From the IMG/VR virus record IMGVR_UViG_3300032373_000047, positions 1 to 38,572 of that record: DNA of 38,572 bases; one strand, given 5' to 3'. This document shows, one piece after another, positions 36,016-38,572 of the stretch. Source of the DNA: a virus. Taxonomy: Duplodnaviria > Caudoviricetes. The stretch's first letter is position 1; each line of letters opens with the position of its first letter. The notes below the pieces were generated by a model. That model worked only from the letters and a program-made list of their open reading frames with translations. It made no database searches and was not told the origin of the DNA. The position numbers were made by a program, and so were the translations under genes.

Positions 36016-36449
36016 TCATCTCCTGTAGGGGTGGCGGAGAGCATGGCGCGGTAGAATGCGCGAAGCCAAGTCTTGCTTTCCTTGGGGTTGCGCGTGCCTA
36101 TTTCGTGGAGCGCGCTGTCAAGTTGGGTGATGGTTGGTTCACGCGGAACCATCACCATATCGTCAGGGACAGGCTCCACCGCTGGTTGGATAAGAGTAAG
36201 GATGTAGTCGGTGGCTGTTTCTGCAACATCGTCATAACCGTCCTCGTCTAATTCACCCTCTGGAGAAGTAACGCGGTGCATGGCGTCGAGAACGTCATCC
36301 TTCACAGCCTCCCTCAATCCATCGGGAGCCTTACGGTCCAGCATGTCGGCATAGGCTCGGAGGGTGGATGACAGTTTTGGCGCGCTAAAAACTGCGTCTA
36401 TCCGGTCTGCGGCTATACGCGCTTCATCGGCTGTCATTGGTTCAGTCAT
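36012..36449 (-). CDS. Hypothetical phage protein
   Basis: Probable ATG at 36449; contains the common phage motif VMVPREPT...YRAMLSA.P; lower GC. Confidence 0.7.
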   Translation of the reverse strand: MTEPMTADEARIAADRIDAVFSAPKLSSTLRAYADMLDRKAPDGLREAVKDDVLDAMHRVTSPEGELDEDGYDDVAETATDYILTLIQPAVEPVPDDMVMVPREPTITQLDSALHEIGTRNPKESKTWLRAFYRAMLSATPTGDE

Positions 36450-36548
36450 TGGATTTTCCCAAATCGTGCGCCGCGCTGTGGCCAGATCGGCAGTTGGCGA
36501 GCAATAGAAGCCGCGCAAAACAGTGTTTTTGCAGCGCGCCGGTGACAA

Positions 36549-36618
36549 AAGGTCAAACGGCGTCGGAGAACAAAGGTCAAACGTTTGACCTTGAAAATGA
36601 CGGTTTTTAGGTCAAACG
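36549..36618. repeat. attP arm-type repeats (left), AGGTCAAACG
   Basis: Copies at 36550, 36574 and 36609; perfect palindrome AAGGTCAAACGTTTGACCTT at 36573-36592. Confidence 0.75.
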
Positions 36619-36676
36619 TTCGCTTTTGTTCCAGCGCATTTTTCGGAGAAAACCTTTGTGTTTCAAGGTTTTGTAA

Positions 36677-36723
36677 TGGCTCCTCGGGACGGGCTCGAAC
36701 CGCCGACCTAGTGATTAACAGTC
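36677..36723 (-). mobile_element. attP: attP core = 3' half of tRNA-Asn(GUU)
   Basis: Reverse complement GACTGTTAATCACTAGGTCGGCGGTTCGAGCCCGTCCCGAGGAGCCA gives anticodon loop, T-arm and CCA; no 5' half; IHF-like sites at 36661 and 36752. Confidence 0.9.
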
Positions 36724-36774
36724 CCCGGTTCTTCATGGTAGCTTCCTTATCTTTCAATGGCTTACGGCGATGAG

Positions 36775-36850
36775 TATGGGGTTTATATGGGGGTTTTATG
36801 GGCTTTGTCTGGGGTTAGGTCAGACGCGCTTTCGGCGTCCAGGTCAGACG
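36775..36850. repeat. attP right arm: TATGGG tandem repeats and two AGGTCAGACG copies
   Basis: Three TATGGG copies at 36775-36802; AGGTCAGACG at 36817 and 36841. Confidence 0.7.
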
Positions 36851-37529
36851 GTGTGTCGCGTATGCAGGTGATTTGGATGACGCAATTGTCTTCATGGCGC
36901 GGGACTTTGATCAGGTGCTTGACCGGCCTGCGCGGCGTATAGTCCGGGCCAAGCATGTAGGCGTCCGGCAATTTATTCTTTTTTCGCAAAACTTTGATTA
37001 AAGATCGCGTTACGTCCTGGGCTTGCTGCGCCAATTGCTTTTGCTCTGTCCAACCGGTGCATCTACCTTGAAATCGCTGCGATGACACACGGCCCATATA
37101 TTGGCGGTCGGGTCTCTTGGGTGGGTCCACATATAGTCGGACACTCGATGCTGGAAAATAAAATTTGGCCAGGGCCAGTGCATCCTTCGGGTTGCGAAGG
37201 ATTTTCCCGGCTTCAAAAAGTTTGGTCTGGGACCGTGATAACTTTTGGCGCGCTGCGTCGACATTCCAGCGCAGGAAATCGCGGATTATGGTTTCGCTTT
37301 TCGGGTAGTTTGCGGCGTCGGGGTCGAACCAAGTCGCCTCCATAAGATCATCGAGTGAAATTGTGTTTGGGGGTTGCTTCAGGATGAAGCGTGCGGCGCG
37401 TTCCTCGGCGGCGGCCAGCGAATAATAGTTGTACCAGTGATGGCTTTTATGTTTTTGCTTCCATTGGTCGGGTTCTTCCAAGCATCGTTGGTGGTATTCA
37501 ATGGCTTTGCGTGTCCAGTCGTCGCTCAT
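36783..37529 (-). CDS. Hypothetical protein between int and attP
   Basis: 248 aa, lower GC; ATGA-coupled to the integrase stop. Confidence 0.7.
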   Translation of the reverse strand: MSDDWTRKAIEYHQRCLEEPDQWKQKHKSHHWYNYYSLAAAEERAARFILKQPPNTISLDDLMEATWFDPDAANYPKSETIIRDFLRWNVDAARQKLSRSQTKLFEAGKILRNPKDALALAKFYFPASSVRLYVDPPKRPDRQYMGRVSSQRFQGRCTGWTEQKQLAQQAQDVTRSLIKVLRKKNKLPDAYMLGPDYTPRRPVKHLIKVPRHEDNCVIQITCIRDTPSDLDAESASDLTPDKAHKTPI

Positions 37530-38568
37530 ATCTCATACCCCACGGCCTTGGCGTGATTGCGATAGGCATCGCCCGCGCGATCAGCAAAGCGCGGGTTCAA
37601 TACCAGATAGTTTTCCAGCAGGTCGAGCAGGGTCTTGATCGATGATCCGTGCCAGGATGCGATCTCGGCCAGTGCGCCCTCCTTGCCGGTCTGCGCCTCG
37701 AACAGGCGTGTCACCGCCGTATCGCGCGCGTCGGAGAAATTCAAAGGCAGGACGGGATCGCCATACGGGTCCAGCCCGCGCCCGATCAGGGACGGCACTT
37801 TGAGCCCGGCCAGTGCGCGCGCGGCGCGCCAATGGGCGTTGAAGCGGCGATAATATAGCTTGCCGGTCCTGGTGGCCTGAATATAGGTCTGATCGATATC
37901 GGTATCGATGAACAAGATATCGGTCTGGATGGGTGTGGCGGCGCGCGTGGCGCGGGCCAGCCGGATCGCCTCGGCGAGCGGGTCCAGGACGGGGATATTG
38001 ATCCGCCGCCCGGTTTTCAATTGCCGCCATGCGAGCCTGCCGGGCAAGGCGTCAATGGCGTGATCGTTGAATGACAGGACATCCTCGCCGCGCTGCGCCG
38101 TCCATAGCGCAGCCAGCCAGGCCGCCGCCGCGCCGGGGCGGGCGGGCGGAATGTCGGCGGACTTGTCCAGGCCCATTTCCAGTGCCAAAGCGCGCGGGTC
38201 TTTCAGGGCAAGGAACATGGTCTGGGCCTCGGCCTCGTCGGCCATGCGTCGGCGTCCATCAGGCGTACCGACGCGCAGGCGTTCATACACGTCGCGCGCC
38301 GGGACGTGATCTTTCCAATCGGGATGATCGCGCAGCCAGTTAAAGGCGCGGCTGATCGAGCGGGCCGTGGTGGCGGCCATGGAATGCTTGCCGTCCTCGA
38401 TCTGCATATCTTTGAGCGCGACCAGATGTTCGCGTTTCAGGGCCATGGGATGTTCCGGCCCGGCAATATCGCGCACGGGCACCAGACCCTTTTTATAATC
38501 GGCGATCGTATTGGCGCTGATCGGGCGGGGCCTGCCCGACTTCATCGATGATGTCATGACGCGCCCGG
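37526..38568 (-). CDS. int: Tyrosine integrase, core-binding and catalytic part
   Basis: TAQRGEDV (R), QLKTG (K), FSDARDTAVTRL (HxxR box), LENYL (Y). Confidence 0.88.
38443..38568. repeat. Terminal direct repeat, copy 2
   Basis: Identical to 1-126. Confidence 0.95.
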
Positions 38569-38572
38569 GCGC

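Noticed and set aside
36677-36723. Functional phage tRNA-Asn gene
   Set aside because: Only the 3' half is present, with no D-arm or 5' acceptor strand, so it is the attP core.

Overview
This window is a complete, circularly assembled temperate phage genome of about 38.44 kb. Bases 1-126 are repeated at 38443-38568, and the overlap splits the integrase gene. The genome is high-GC and podovirus-type, with a BPP-1/epsilon15-like structural module; the host is probably an alphaproteobacterium (inference). Gene order: tyrosine integrase and excisionase, CI/Cro switch, early genes, primase and helicase, an inverted promoter-driven cassette of small genes ending in an HTH gene (acr-aca-like), a putative origin, terS/terL, portal, scaffold, capsid, tail tube and ejection proteins, two receptor-binding proteins, a lysis cassette, morons, and an attP whose core is the 3' half of tRNA-Asn(GUU). 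The most notable signals are five. (1) The attP arm repeat AGGTCARACG recurs in tandem, between IHF-like sites, at the 3' end of terS next to a G-quadruplex-forming tract. (2) A repeated hairpin+TGCTGATAACTG leader module punctuates the candidate anti-defence operon. (3) A two-state RNA structure covers the capsid ribosome-binding site. (4) Three C-loop hairpins lie in tandem after cro. (5) A chimeric amidase/holin ORF may record an endolysin replacement. All family assignments come from motif recognition by eye, not from database searches.
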